A DNA stretch of 58,324 nt, the filler included, from Streblomastix strix (lineage: Eukaryota), in the NCBI GenBank assembly GCA_008636045.1. It is 2 parts of 2 records of this genome, joined end to end, with 100 filler letters (N's around TTAATTAATTAA, not from the genome) between each part and the next. Parts side by side here need not be neighbours in the genome. Positions count along the whole stretch, not along the records: positions 1 to 29,153 come from SNRW01000107.1; 1 more part is not named here. One strand, 5' to 3'. Positions 12,801 through 28,787 of this stretch are shown piece by piece (within the stretch, counting starts at the first letter, position 1; every line of letters begins with the position of its first letter). The notes under the pieces are model-generated. The model ran no database searches and was not told the DNA's origin. It saw only the letters and a list, made by a program, of their open reading frames with translations. A program made the translations under genes and the position numbers.

Positions 12801-15800
12801 ATTTCATAATAAATATCTTCTTCCTCTAAATAATGCATAATATCCATCTCCTCATTCAAATGAATTCTTTTCTTCATAACTGGATGAGATATTCTATACA
12901 TTAAATTAGTTGCATCCATTGATATATCCATCTTCTTCTTTTATTTAGAATATTGGAAGTGATATTGAAGATGATGAAGTAGAAAATGATAATGATAATG
13001 AGAATATTGATTTGAATCAGAAATAGAGATTATACATAAAATAATAATAAATACAATCTAAGAACCAATAAGATATTAATGTTAATTATAGCAAAAACTA
13101 AGAACACATAATTAATATTGAAAAAGATTATATGAGTTAAATGAAAGAATAAATATAATAATATGATGAATATAAAATATTATAACTTCCCAATATTCCT
13201 TCTTTCTTAGGATATTATAATCATCCTTCTCCATTTCAATATTTAACAAGGACAACTGCTTGGAGGTATTTATATATTATTAATTAATAAATATTTATAT
13301 ATTATTTTTAATACTATTAATTTATATGTTAAATAGAAAATAATGGTAAAAAGAAAGAGATGAATATAATGAGAAAACAAAGAAAGAAAGATTAGCTAGA
13401 GAAGCAAAAGAAGAGAGATGGAAAACAATGGTTGAAATGAAGAAATAAAGAGAATAGATATAATAATAATAAATGGAATAATAATAACCATTAAAGAAAC
13501 AGAAATAATAAGATGGTTAACAAATAAATATAAATGAATTGCAATTCCAATAATAATTGTAATCTACATCTTCTCCTTCTCAATCAAGAAATAATTCTCC
13601 ATCTCATTCACCTCCAAGATCCAATTCATAATCTCCTTTAATGCCAAGGACTCTATCTCCAATTAATACTAATTAATAATAATAATAATAGTAATAATAA
13701 TAATAATAACCATTTCCATTAGTTAGTTAATCTTTTACTCAATCTTTATCTAATCTTCCTCCTGTTATTCCATTATATCCATTAATTCAGGTAAAGAGAT
13801 TTAGAAATCCATAGAAGGTTCCTCTGTCCAGATATTTGACACATTCAATTGGATTTTATTAATAAGGAATTATTAGGTAAATAAATTAATCGAAAATTCA
13901 AAGAGAAACGAAGATTCATTTATTATTCTATGAAGTGAAAGAGAAATAAAAGAAGGAAATAATAAAGAAGAGCAGTTCAAGAGATAGTATATAGAAGAAG
14001 GATAGTGATAGAATGAAAGAGAAGGAGAAGGAGAATGAATAAGATATAACTATAGATATAGAAATTGAACAGGAATAAGAATAGGAATAGAAAAGTATTG
14101 TGTAAACAACAAGATCGATTCTTTTATAGTAAAACAATGAAGAATAATTTGGATATTCTATGGCTGGAGATTGGAGAAATGTATTAATTAATTATAGACT
14201 TAACATTTAAAGGGATATTTAGTAATTATAAAAAGAAAGAGAAATTGAAAGACAGAGATAATAAAGAGAAGAAGAAGAAAAATTAGACAAAATTTTAAAA
14301 GAAGAAAGTGAAATTATTGAATTAAATTCACCTAAATCTTAATTAGCATAAAAATAAATTGCTCAATAAATATTATCTTCAAATTTATCATAAAAATAAT
14401 TAAAGAGCTCACTTCGAAATTCATTTTCATAGTAATAGTATTTTGAAGAATAAGAATAACAGTAAAATAAATTAAAATAACAATCATCAAAATTGTGGAA
14501 TTAATCTTCATTATAATCATCATTAACATCATTACACACTACCTTTTCTCAAGATTCATTACAATCTTCACTTTCATAAGCATAAATGTTATAATAACTA
14601 CAATAATAATAATAACAATCATAGTCATCATAACAAACATTCAAATTGAGATCATTGCAATAATCAATATATTCTTCATTATAAAACATTCCATAGCCAA
14701 TATTCTCCTCATAAATATATGAAAGATTAGTATCATTCACTTTACCATAATAACTGCTATTCTTATTTTATGTTAAGTGCATAGAGCATAATTTGATATT
14801 ATTACGAATGATGAATTAAGATGAATATTTTGGAAACGAGAAGAGAAGATAAAGAAGAAAAGAAGAGAAAAGGAAATAAAAAGAAAAAGAGATAAAATAA
14901 GAAAAGAAAATGAAGGAGAAATAAAAATAAATAGAAAAATAAAAAGGGGATTAAATAGATATAGAAGGAGAGAATGATAATAAAGAACAAGTTAATGAGA
15001 AAGAATAAATAATAATGAATTAATAAGAATAACAATAGTTGGAAAAGTAAGAAAAAGAGAAATAAGAAAAAGAGAAGAAAGAAAGAATTTAACAGAAACT
15101 AATAGAGCTAAAAGAATAATATGGAGATCATATTGATTTGAATGAAGAATAAATAGAATAATTATGTGAAAGTGAAAGAAATAGAGAAAATGAATAATAA
15201 TAATAATTGAAATAAAAATAAGAAAATAATTAATAACAATTAACTTAATAGTAATTATTTTAAAAAAGACATTAATTATTGAGTCAAAACTCATTTGTTA
15301 TGATTCCTTCTCCTTCAAAATTAACTCTTCACCACACAAACAATAAAAGTAGTAAATCTGACAATGATAATAATTTCATTAATCCTTTTTCTTCAAAATA
15401 ACAATAATAATATCAGTTATCAAATTAAATATTGTCTGTTAAATAATAAGAAGAATATTAAATATAAAAATTTAAGTTGTAATTAAATAGATAAGAATCC
15501 GTATTAATCACCGATTCTTTATTCCAATAGTTAAAAGAGAAGAAATTTCGTAAAGCGCGATTTATTTACATTCCACTTTACTAGGCATAATTTTCTTAAA
15601 TTCAACAATTCATACGAACACCATATTTACATTCACATTCTCCACAATCATCAAATAGATCAGCATAATCACTTCCATAATATTAATAACAACATTCGAA
15701 TAGACAAATACAATAATTATCCTTCACATAAATATCTCCATATATTCTAGCATTATCTTCACTCCCTCCACCTCGTGCACTTTCTATTCGATAGTTCTCA

Positions 15801-18800
15801 TTTCAACATTATTTATCTCTATTCCCACTACACAATGCATAATTCAAATCTAGATTCATTTCAATTAATCCAATAGATTTGATTTCTTTGAGAAGAAATG
15901 CATCTGCTTTGACTATTTAATCCATATTTAGAAGCTACAGGGTGTGAAATCATTATATACAAACTAATATTTAATTTTCTTTCATTATTTTATTCTTTTA
16001 TTTGTTTAAATATTATTTGTTTAGGTTCGCACTAATTAATTTATTCATAATTAAACTTCAGGAGTTGTGGTTGATCACAATGGAATTGTTAAAATAAAGA
16101 ATGAAAAAAAGTATTTATATTTTATATTTATTTAATACAAAATATATTTCTACTATATTTTCTTATACATCAATCAGACATCCATTGGAAGTTCTTGCGT
16201 AGTAGAAATAATATTCACCATTAATTATTATGATGATTGAATAATTGAATTATAAATTAAATAACTAATATTATGAGTAATTAATTAAGGATCATAATAA
16301 AGATATTGCAAATAATATTAATAGTAAAAATTTATTTAATACAACTGTTGAAAGTTCAACATCATCAACATATAAATTATCTTAATAATAATATAATAAG
16401 AATGAAAATCGATAATCAAATAAAATAGTTTCATTTTCATCTTAAATATCAACATCTAATTCTCCATCTCATTCTCCATCAAGATCACATTCACAATCAA
16501 ATACACGATAATCTTCATCATCATAGAAATATAGATAATCATAATCATCATAGAAGTAATTTAGACAATAATTGTATGCTGAATAGTAATAATCATAATA
16601 ATCATCATTCAATTCACCTTTCTTCTTTCCTTCATCAAATATACAAGAATATATTTAATAATATATAGACCATAAACCTATTTTATATTTGTAATATATT
16701 CAAGCTAGATAACAATTATATAATTAAAAACTTAATATAAGATCAGATGAAAATACAGAAACTTAAATTGGATAAAAGTAGTATTATCAATAACTCTAAT
16801 AATATTAACAACCATATTAACACAAAAATAGAAAATAGAATAAGAAATCTCTTCTATCTTAAATAGGGCTAATACAAACAACACCAGCAAATGGAGAATA
16901 TTCATTAGTTTACTTATAATTACAATATGAATATGGCTATTTAATAAGCTAAATGAATATGTATATAATCAATGAAGATATTGAGAGAATGTATTAAAGT
17001 ATGGATAATAACACTGATAATACAAATATTAGAGGAAGAAGAAGAGAAAGAGGGCAATAAGAAGATACTAAGAAAGAAACATAACTAAACGAGATACAGT
17101 AATTAAACAATGGAATTGTAGATATGATTATTAAATTAATGAATAGAGATGAGAAGAGAAAGAAGAATGTGGAGAAAATTAAACTGAGAATGAAAGAGAA
17201 GATGAAAGAAATTTAAGAATAAGAGATTGAAAAAGATTAGAAATAAGGAAATGAAACAGAAAATGGTGAGTAAATACAACAAAAATAAATATAATAATTA
17301 AATGAGAAGATAATGAGAGAGAATAAGTAAGGATAATAATAAGGATATTAATAAGGATATAATAATTAAAGAGGAAGATCAATAAATACATAAGCATAAT
17401 TAAACTAATAAAACAGATAAACAACAACAACTTCATCATCTTAATCTCCATACTCACATTCATAATAATAATTCACACATTCACCTTTAAAAGAATCATC
17501 CATTCCATCTACAACTCAATCATCTTCACTTACTCTGACTTATAATTCTTCTATTCAATATCAGTTAATTTCTCCATTTCTCAAATCTTTTCCTTATTAC
17601 AGACATAAATAGAAGAGAAAACCAGCATATTTACAAATTAAGTAGAAATATCTGAGTAAATATGAAATGCCTCCTCCTCCTTCAATACTTGATTTAGCAT
17701 TGACAGTCAGAGCTACAATACAAATATAATGTGGATGGAGAAGACATATTGCTTCATAAAGACTTCTACTTCTTAAAGCATTGCAAGTATCAACAAAACA
17801 GATACAAAAGCCAATATTCTATTTATAAAGAGAATTGTATGAATTAATTATTGTTATATCAGACTAAGAAAAGAAAGAGAGAATTGTAGATGAAATCGAG
17901 AAAAATAGAATTAAATAGAAAAAAGAAGAAGAATAAGCAAAATAAGAAAAAGAACAAAGGAATCGTTCATGGACACAAAGAAGATAAGAATTAATATCCA
18001 AATAATAAGAGAAAGAAAGAATATTGCGAATCAGATAACTAAGAAAGAGTTAGTTGGGTTTGATTGAGAAAGATGATTATGAGAATAAAGAATAACTTTA
18101 AACAATAATGGAACAGAATGAGAATGAATCACAATATGGATTTAAAAAACAGCTTTCATCTTCATAGTTATAATAAGTATAACACTCAAAACAATAAAAA
18201 TAAGAGTTTGATGATGGTAATGCAAATAATAATGATAATAATTTAAATAATGATACCAATATTAATTAATAACAACGTTCTGAACTACTATAAAAGATTA
18301 TATATGATGATGAGAATGAATAAGAGAAACAATTAAAGTATGAAACAGAATCAGTCAAAGATAGAAGAGATTATTTCTCACCTTCACTGTTCTCAAATTA
18401 AATGAAATAATTTATATCTAAAAAAGAAGACCTGACTTTATTGCATTTATTTATTGATGAATAATTTGTGACATTCTCAATTCTTCCTCAATCAGATATT
18501 CCATTGGAAGCATATTAGGAAGATAATCATGAAGGGAAATAAGAGAAAGAGAAATAATAGAAGGAAAAAGAAAAGAAAGAAGATATGAAATAAGATAAAG
18601 AAGATAAAGATAAGAAAGAGAAAGATAAGAAATAAAATGATTCACAGAAGATCCCCAAATTAATAAAAGATAATAATAGTGATACATTAATTCATAATTA
18701 ATAGATGCCTTTAACTCCAAAACGTAATTAAACTTCATAATTGACTGCTCCACTAACTCCAAAAATAAATCAATAACGTGTTTCACCAAGATTGACTTCA

Positions 18801-21800
18801 AATTCTCCACTATTAAATTAATAATAATTATCATTTAGATAAAATAAAGAACAATAAGAATAAAGTTAAACTAGTAAATTAACATTTAATACTTCAAATA
18901 CAAATATAAGCATTATTAATGAGACTATTAAATCTGTAAGAACAAGTTAAAGGAATAAACAATCTTCACCATAATTATCATAAAGACCATTATCATAACG
19001 ATCTATTTCAAAAGGTAAATAATCACCAGCATTGAATCCTGCTCTTAATTAAAAATTTGATACTTTATCAAATAGAGAAAAGAAATAGATTAATTAGTAG
19101 TAATTACAGATACAATAATAGTAAGAATAATAAATATAAAATGTGCGAGATTCAGATCCAGCATTCTTTTTTCGTGTTGTTCAAGGACCAATAATTAGAT
19201 ACGAAAATTAATTATCAAAATAATATAGAAAAGTGAATAAAATATTGAAAAAAGGTCATTTATCGTTTCTCTCTGCATTTCTAATTGAAACTAATATGGA
19301 AAATGAAGGTGCTATTTTAGCCAGAAAGAAATAATATTAAAAGAAAAGATTGGGAACAACAATGAATTTAAATGCACTGAATAGTTCAAATATAAAAGAT
19401 AATGATACATATCGAAGTAAATAGAATGAAAGAATAAGAAGCTAAATATCAAATAGAGATGAAGATACTATTAATTCATTTGGGAAGAAGAAGAAGAAGA
19501 AAGATTTAAAACCATAAGCTTTATTGAATACATTATAAACTGTGGCTAGAATAGATAACTTATAATAATATAATGCTGTTAAAATACATATTTAGTAGGT
19601 ATAATATAAATATTTTAAATTTATACAATTATTAACTATCAATTATTCACTTTTTTATATTCCAATTTAGGCTCAATTAAATATAAATACAGATTTCAAT
19701 ATGAATACTATATCAGGAATCATTGAATAACAGCAATAAATATTATTATAACAATAAATTTTACAACAATAATAACATGACTAATAATAAGAAGAAAGAT
19801 AAGAACAAGAATAAATTATTATTGAATAACAATAACAATTATTATAATAAAAATTGGAACATTAATAAAGATATAACACAATGAAAAGTAAAAAGAAAGT
19901 TAATACAACTGTGAATAAATAAATATAATAATATAACAGTGCCAATACTAAAAATATAAGTGAATTTAATAGTAATAATTAAACTAATATAAGTATTGAT
20001 CCAAATTAGAAAGTTCATAGAATTACTCAAACGAAAACAGATAACATCTCCGATATAAATAATTAATAATAATAAATTCCTTAATCTCGATCTCCATCAT
20101 AACTTCAATCTATATTTCCTCCTTCTTCAAAATCTCCTTAATTTCCTCCAACTTAATAATAATAATAGGAAAATTCATAATAATAAAAATACAATATAAT
20201 CATAAAGGATTCAAGTTCATTTCCTTCATAATATATGTGTCCACTTTCAGATTTAATCAAGATTGGTGTTATTGTTAGAGATGTAGTTGTTGCTGAAGAT
20301 GCATATCTTGCTGGAATGCCTGAGTTATTTATGGGTACTTATTATATAGATTATTTAATGATATATTATATTTATTTATATATTTATTTCTTTTTATTAA
20401 TTCTATAAACAGGTCGAAATGAAGTAAAATGCAGATCAACACATTCACAATAAAATTAAATAATTGCAGTTGAATGTGGGTCTGTTGAAGATGCAAGATT
20501 AAGATTTGCATTACTGCTATTAAAGCTTTGGAAACCGATTAAATTAATTAATTAAAGAACTGTATTATTTAACTCTAAAAATAAAATAATAAATAAAGAA
20601 ATTGAATTAATATAAGAAATAGATATAGTATAAGATGTGAAACAACAAACAGTTAAATAATAAGTAAATAGCTTAAATAACATAAATTTAGATTCACCAT
20701 TAGCGCCAATTTCATACAAATGTATATAATTAAAAGATAGCATTTGCCCTTTTATGGGAAAAAGATTTTAAATGGTTTGTCATATTTTTCTAAAATTTAC
20801 ATTATATTTTTCCTCTAATTTATCATTTATTATAAATTTAGGCATAATTTGAAATAAACTCTATAATATCAAATCCACGATAATATCTATAAATAAAATA
20901 GTAATAATAATCATCACAAAGACCAATTGGATCTCAATTCTTCTAATTTGTTAAGAATCCTTCGCTTCCCCGTAATTATATACTTGAATCTTTCTTCCCC
21001 TTATCTTCATTATTCAACTATTATTCATTATATAGACTTGAATCTACATTAATGCTATAAGGATACGTATAATCACTTAAAGTTAGATAATAGCCACAAA
21101 TTAGACATAAATTGAAAGATAGCAGATTGAATAGATAAAAAGAATTATTAATTAGAAAAAAGAAGATGCAGACTAAATTATAGAAGAATGAATTGAAAAT
21201 TGGCGAATTTGGCATTTTAGGGCCATAAAGAATAAAGAAGGAAGTAGAAAGAAGATATATATTACATCATCCAGAATAACCTCCAAGTTTATTCCCACAA
21301 TAAAGAAAGAAAGAAGATCTCGAGTAGTTATTAAAGAAAAGAGATGAAAAAAGACAATAATTTTAATAAGGAGAATAATAAGGGATTTTAAAAGGACCAG
21401 TTGGAAGGGAAATATAATAAATATAATAAGAAGAATAAGAAACAACTGAAGAAGAAGGAGATGAAAAAGAAAATGTTGCGCCAAGAAAATAAAAAATGCG
21501 ATTATCTACAATCTCCTAATAAACTTAGAATTCATAAGTATCACAATAATCTGCATTATCCTAATAATCTTAATAATCTTCGTTATATTAATAAAGTGTT
21601 AATGACCAAATAACTTCAAGGAGCAGCTTAAATGAAGATGAAAATGAAAATAAAGGTAAATTTTAATATGAGAAACAATTATAAGAAATTATCGGTAGTT
21701 AAAATTAATTGAAATCAAGACCAAATACTTCATAGACAGGATAATCAACATTATCAATTTAAATGCCTACAGAATATGAATTTGGAAAAGCACTATTTTC

Positions 21801-24800
21801 ATTACAACAGCAACTATTGGAAGATTAACAATTAATAAAGACTTAATATAATCTTCCCTTAACATAACCTTTATTATCCAAATCATCTTAGAAGTATTTC
21901 ATAACACAATAACTCATCTATTCATATCTATAATTGCAAATTAAGAATAAAAGTTTGTAGAATGAACATTTATTACCATATATTATATATCAATGGTTGA
22001 TTAAACAATAATAAACATTTTAAATATCTGGAATAATTCCATTTGCAGGTGAATTAAATAAACAAGCAATGAAAGATATAATAAAATCAGAGTAATTAGC
22101 AACTGGGAATTCTGGATTAGAATTGAAATAAGGATAATAACAAATGGATGGATACATATTAAAAGGAGAGTAGAATCCTGATATTCAGGGAAATTACTCC
22201 GCTTTACAATTAATATAGTATTAAATAAATGAAATACTAAATCCTAATAATGAATATTAATAAAAATTAGGTGATAATTATGATGATGATAATAAATAAT
22301 TGAAATAAGCAATTAAAGACTCAATATAATAATTGTGGTAACAACAGGAATAAAGAAAAAAGGAAGAAGGAGAAGAAGAAGATATTTAAGAATAATAAAC
22401 TCGCCACAATCCACTTTCATCTTAAATATTAATTCATCATTCTCCAATTCCTAATATTTTCAGTTTCAACAAAGATTAAAAGTTTTTAAATGAATAAGTT
22501 CAATCATCTTTCGCACCTTTATAAATATCAGTTTTACCCTCAGTTTTAAGAAAGAATAGGTTTTATCCAGAGAAAATAGAGAATATGATTGAAAAAGAAG
22601 AGAAAGAAGTATAGAAAGATATAATAGAATTTGAGAAGCATTTATAGATAGAGTAAGAAAGAGAATAAAATGAATGGGAATAAGAAGGTGAAATTGAATA
22701 TGAAAATGAATAATAATAATAACAATAACAATAATAAGGATAATAATAAGAAAATGCTAAATAGTTATTATTATAACATATAAATGATAAGAATTAAAGA
22801 ATAGATCAATAAAAAAGAACTGGAATTGCTGAACTTCCTTCATCTGTATAATAACAGTAATAGAAACAATAATAATTATTATAGGGATTAAAATAGAGAG
22901 ACGAAGCAGATATATTGGTTAATACAGCTAATTAAGAGCTTTAATAGATTAATAGGAATATAATTAAATAATAATAATTACTCTCATAATAAGATCAATA
23001 ATAATCAGATAAAGATAAAATAAAAGATTTTAATAATAATCCACATGTAGTATAGGAGAAATATATTGGAAAGAGATTATCTATTACTCCGAATCCAGAC
23101 AATATAAGTTATAAAGCTCTATAATTCATTTAGACAAAATAATAATAATAATAACTGTAAAAGGAGCTTTAAGATAAAAAGAAAGAATAAGAATAAGAAT
23201 AATAATAATCATAAGAAATAGAAATTGGAAAAACAGGATAATTTGAACCAATTAAATTAAGACCACCAACTCAAATATCTGAATATGATGAGAAAGAAAT
23301 AATAAAAGATTGGAGGGAACCTTTGGATCAAAGAGAATAGTAATTATAATCATAATAAATATAAGGTCAAGTTTAATATGAATATGATTATATATAATAA
23401 TACTAACTCAAATAAGATAAAGATAAAGATTAATAAATATATTCACCATTAAATGATCCACTTTATAAATTTACTCCACAGTTTATATAAAACAATAATA
23501 TATAACAATTATAACAACAATTAGAATAATATAAAGACAAAAATAAAGATAAAGTAACTAATGAATTAACTGATGATAATGAACCATCACCCCCTACTTC
23601 TCCATCTCCTTAATAATCTCATATTAACACTCAATAATAAGAATAAATAATACAATCTCAGATACCAACTGAACATCCTTCATTCAAATATGGATCAGCT
23701 CACACTAAAGATTGGTTATTAATGCACCCAATTAAAGGGAGATTTAGAAATAAGAGAAAAGCGATAAGAAGATTAATCAGAGAATAGTTAAGAATTAAAC
23801 AGTAAAATGTATTGAAGGAAAGAAAAGAAGAAGATAAAGAGAATGAAGATGCATTTGCACATTATTATTATGATTAAGGAGGATTAGCGTCAAAAGCTTC
23901 AATATATCCATTAGAAATACAATAACTATCTAATTCATTATAATTATAATAAGTATAAGAATTAAAAGAATTAAGCTAATAAAAGATATAAAATCCAAAT
24001 ATCATTTATGATTCTAATGTATAATAACCTTCTGAATAATAATCAACATCCTTACCTACTACTCCTCAATCTTATATTCCACTAACAAAGACACAGCAGT
24101 TGTAAAGAAAATTGCAGAAATAAAAAGTCAAACAATTATTAAGATAATCTTCTTCATCACCATCATTACTGAAACAATAGTAATCTATTAAATAATAATA
24201 CTAATAAGCTCTTGCATAATATCTCCCTTCATCAACATCTCATGAAGTGGCTGTAGCAAGATAAGAAAGAAACATTTAATTGTAAATTGAATAATAAAAT
24301 AAAGAGAAAGAAGAAATCGAAAGGAAGAAATAAGAGAAATTGGGGAAACCAGTTGAATAATAATAATAATAATAATAATAATATTCACCAAATAAGATTT
24401 TATTTGATACGTAGCATCTTCCTAAAGTTACTCCAAGGACTTCTAAATTAATATAATAACAATAATAATTCTAATCATTATCCTCAAATTCATCACAATA
24501 ATAATAATAACAATAATAATTAATTTAGTCTCAATAATTATCTACTTCAGCTCCTTAAATCCGTTTCTCTAACTTAAATTACTAATAGAGAATTTAAAAC
24601 ACAAACATTCAAAGAGAGAAGGATTAATTATAGAAGAACAAATAAATAATATCAAAATCAGGGATAATTGATGCCACTAATGCAATAGGAGACATATCAC
24701 GAGCAGCTGACTGGACAAATAAAAGATATGTTTTGACTGTAAATGAGAAAATAAATGAAAAATTAAGTGAAAAAAACAAAGGAATGGATGAATAAAATCA

Positions 24801-27800
24801 AGGTGAATAAATGATTGGAATGTATTAATAATAATTGTAGTAACAGATTCAATAACAATAAGAATAATTATAAGATTAGTTGAATATGAATGACTCAAAT
24901 GTGATGAATATAGAAATCATTCCAATAAATGATATACTTCAACCTCAGATAATATAATAGTAATCATAATTATAACAATTATCACAATTGCCTTCATCAT
25001 AAATATTCCCCAATAATAAATAACCACTATTTTCAGCTGAAGTATCATCATTATAATTATCATCCTCAATATTATAGTAATAACAATAATAAAGAAGGGA
25101 AAGTAGTAGAGAATAGAAAGTAAGAGAAGAAGAAGAGGAGAAATAAAGACTATTAAATGGGTATGAAAAGAAGAAGACATTTGGATAGGATGATATTATA
25201 TTGCATTAAACATCTGGCGCTTATGGAATTGTTATTGGAGATGGAAAATAAACAATATAGGATAAAGATTTAAATGATATATAATAAAAGTATTAATTAT
25301 AATCATAGTATTCATAATAACAATAATAACTTCCTCCTCTTTCATATCATATTGGAGATGAAAATGATGGAAAATAAACTCTTCCGTCTGAATTTGCTTA
25401 AAATTATTTGTAAAGTAATAATCAATAATATGAACAATAAATAAAATAACTATAATAGCAATTTTAATTGAATTAATAATAATTATAATATCTATAGTAA
25501 TAAATAATACAATCTCAGTAATAAATAATATAAATATAGGTACAATAGTAAGAATAATAAGAAGCAATAAGTGAAGAAGATGAATGGAAATTAGAAAATG
25601 AAAAAGAAAGAGTAACAATGTTATAACAACAATTATAATAAATACAATAATAACAGTAAGTCATTTATTAGTAGCAACAATAACTATAATAATAATAAAT
25701 ACAAAATTATGATCCAATGAAAGAAAGAATAAAGAAATCATCAAGGCTTCCATCTGCAACATAATATGCAGAGGGGAGCGATGAATATGAATATATAATA
25801 AATACAAATAATCTCAATAATCTGAATATTAATAATATTGAACAAAGAAAGATGATGAAATAAAGAAAAGGAGGAAGTGCGAGTATTGCTGCAATTGCCA
25901 GAGCCATTGAAGACAAGGAAATTAAAATAAGGTAAACACAGGCAATGTCACAAAAAGAGAAAGAATTAATTTAATAGACAAAGATTAAATAGTCAAATTA
26001 ATTCAGAGCTTAAAGATTGATTGTAGCTTTTCAAAGAGAAGTTGTGTCTAAAGGCAAATAATTTAGAGATGCATAAATATCAGCAATGAAGTCAGGTCGA
26101 TAAAGAGAAGAATAAATTGAATAAGCAGAATAATAAGAGAAAGAAAAGAGATAATAAGAAAAGAAGCAGAGATTAATAGATGAGAAGAGGAGGAAATAGA
26201 AGGAAGAGAAAGAACAGGATAAATAAGTGTTATAATTGAAGGATAAAATTAAAGAATAAGGAGATATAGAATAAGGAAAAGAGAAAGTTAAATCTCTTTC
26301 TGCAGATTAATCAGAAAGAAAAACAGATAAGATAGAAACTACATCCTCATAATCAAGAGCTCATTCATAACCTTCTCAATTGTAGCCATAAAATAGTTAT
26401 CCATCAATTCCATAAGCAGAAAAATTCAAATTTTCATCTGAATTTGTTTCTTAATAATAAATGTTATCAAAATAATTGTAAAAAATGCAAGATTAAGCAT
26501 ATGCAAACAATGATTTCATTCAGAAAAAGCGGAAAGTATTCTAAATTCGAAAAGGAATTGATGAAAATGAGTATTTTAGAGTAAAAGCGCAGATGGCTTA
26601 AGCCGAATTATTGAAAAAGGAGCATTTTGCAGCCATTGTTGAAAGATAGTCAGATGTTTATTTTGAAAGGGAGAAAGAAAGGTTATTGAAACTGGGATTT
26701 GTAAGATAAGTATGTCTGATGGAGTAATAAAGAAAAGATAGAGAAGAAAAAGATCATTATTTTAATATATAATAAAATTAAAGAATTAATTAGAATTAAA
26801 ATAAAAAGTAAAAATACAGATACAATTAATAATAAGATATTAATGATGTTGAATATATTGATAATAAGGAAGGAATTAAGATAGGAGCTGAATGGTAATA
26901 TGATATTTGGAGATCACCAGGTGGATTTGTTGATATTAAATTATTAGTTGATAATAAATAAAATATTAATTAGTAAGATAATAAGAATGCAAATATAGAG
27001 GATTAAAATCAGAATTATAATAATGAAGGAGAATAACAATAGTTAGGATATAAATAATAATTACTATAAGAATAAAGATAATAGAGATTACCACTTCCTG
27101 CCCTGTTAATATCAAGAGATATAAAGGAGAAAGATTAATAGATTATTTAAGGTGAAATTATAAGTAATAAAGGATTAGATTAAGGAGAAGGTGCAACAAC
27201 ACAATAATCAAAATTATCATCTTAATCTGAATCTGAAACTGAACCACCTTCCAAATCTAATTCATAATAATAGCCAAGCTCATCAACTCGTATTATATAA
27301 TAATTAATTGGAAATGAAGTACATATCTAAATATAAGATAGAGAGATATAGAAATAAGGAAATCATAAAGGAATGACTGATTATAATATAAATAATAATT
27401 AAATGAAAGAAGGCTTATAATTATCATCACCAAGTTAAGTTGATGATCCATGGGAATAAAATTCAAATTATTTATCATAAATATCAAGGACTAATAGAAA
27501 TAAAGATTGGAATGATGAAGATTAAATATAAAGAGTTAAAGATAATGAAAAGAATATAAACATGAAATAAAATTATAATTTAAATTAAAATAAAGAATTT
27601 GATCTTCCAAGAATAAAAGGTTAATCAGCAAACTAAAATAGAAAAAATTCATTTGAAGACAATATTGGAGGTAATATTGATTAATGGAGCGTATAGTAAT
27701 CAGATAGTAGTACTGGAAGAATTGTAATTTCTTCTTCTTTAACCCCATTGAAGAATATTTCTGGTTAGAATACAAATTCAGGAAGAAAAATGAATGAATA

Positions 27801-27867
27801 ATAACCAACTTAACAACCATTGAAATTTATATCAAAACTTCCAATTGTTAAAGGAGAAACAAAGTGA
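9859..27867 (+). CDS. Giant LRR + IQ-motif protein, LRRIQ3-like N-terminus with very long Q/N/E/K-rich low-complexity and coiled-coil body (~5,800 aa)
   Basis: ATG at 9859; LRRs (LKMLNLSSNRISEI, LEFLFLHKNKISSL, LRYLTLYDNPV); LRR cap YRHILLNKIESLVAMDDIVASDEELIE; IQ motifs (SPVIIMQKLVRGFLAR, SALLIQTRWRGYYTRK, SALTIQSIFRSYR, ATIQIQCGWRRHIA). Eight phase-consistent GT-AG introns (10495-10583, 10733-10823, 13266-13336, 15942-16024, 16111-16177, 19599-19670, 20335-20412, 20775-20841). Stop TGA 27865-27867. Confidence 0.8.
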
Positions 27868-28787
27868 TTTACTCATAAGCTCAATTATATTTTCAATACT
27901 CATTTCTATTTAATTATAAATGTGTATAATATATTTTTATTTTATGAAATAATGATGGTATTGATTTTGATTAAACAATATAAAGAGAAATTAAGTAATA
28001 TCAAAAAGAAAACAATTTATTAAATCAATAAATTATTCAACAATAAAGTAGAAGTGAAAATTTGAGATGATTTTTAAAAATATTGAACGATAATAATAAG
28101 AAGATAGAAAATTCAAAAAAAAATATAAATGAAATTTTGTCACGAGCTTATGAGTAGGTTTTTATTTTATTAATATATTGCTTTCAATTACAATACAATT
28201 AATCTTTATAAAACCATAACAAATCTGCATTTGGAACTGTGCTATTTCTGCGAATCTTCCAAAGATGAATAATTGAAAATTTTTGGATTTTTATTTTTGT
28301 TATATTTCACGTTTTTTAATTAAATTTTATCATTCTTATCGCTTGCATGCGCACCCAACACAAAAATATCATGTGCGCTACATGCAAGCACAATTTAACG
28401 CTGGAAACAGAATCATAAATTTCGCAGCCATTTTCCACATTTATTTCTCTCTTATATTCGCAATTTTATATTTATTTATATGAAATACAATGCATTCTTG
28501 TCAATTTACTTTGAAAATTCATATTTTTACCCATTGAAAACTTGTAAAATTGGCGCGAAAATATTATTCCAATAAAATCAATATTATTCGCCGAGAAACT
28601 ATAATAAATATAATCTGAATAAAATTCTACATTTAAAAGCATTAATATGAGAAATTATGTACTTATTTTCTTGTTTATTCCAAGAAAAGTACACAATTTC
28701 TGAATACTTTTTTAAAATTTTTCTTTATTTTTTGCACTTTAATCAATTTTATACTATTTATTTATTTTTTGTTTGCATATATAGTCC

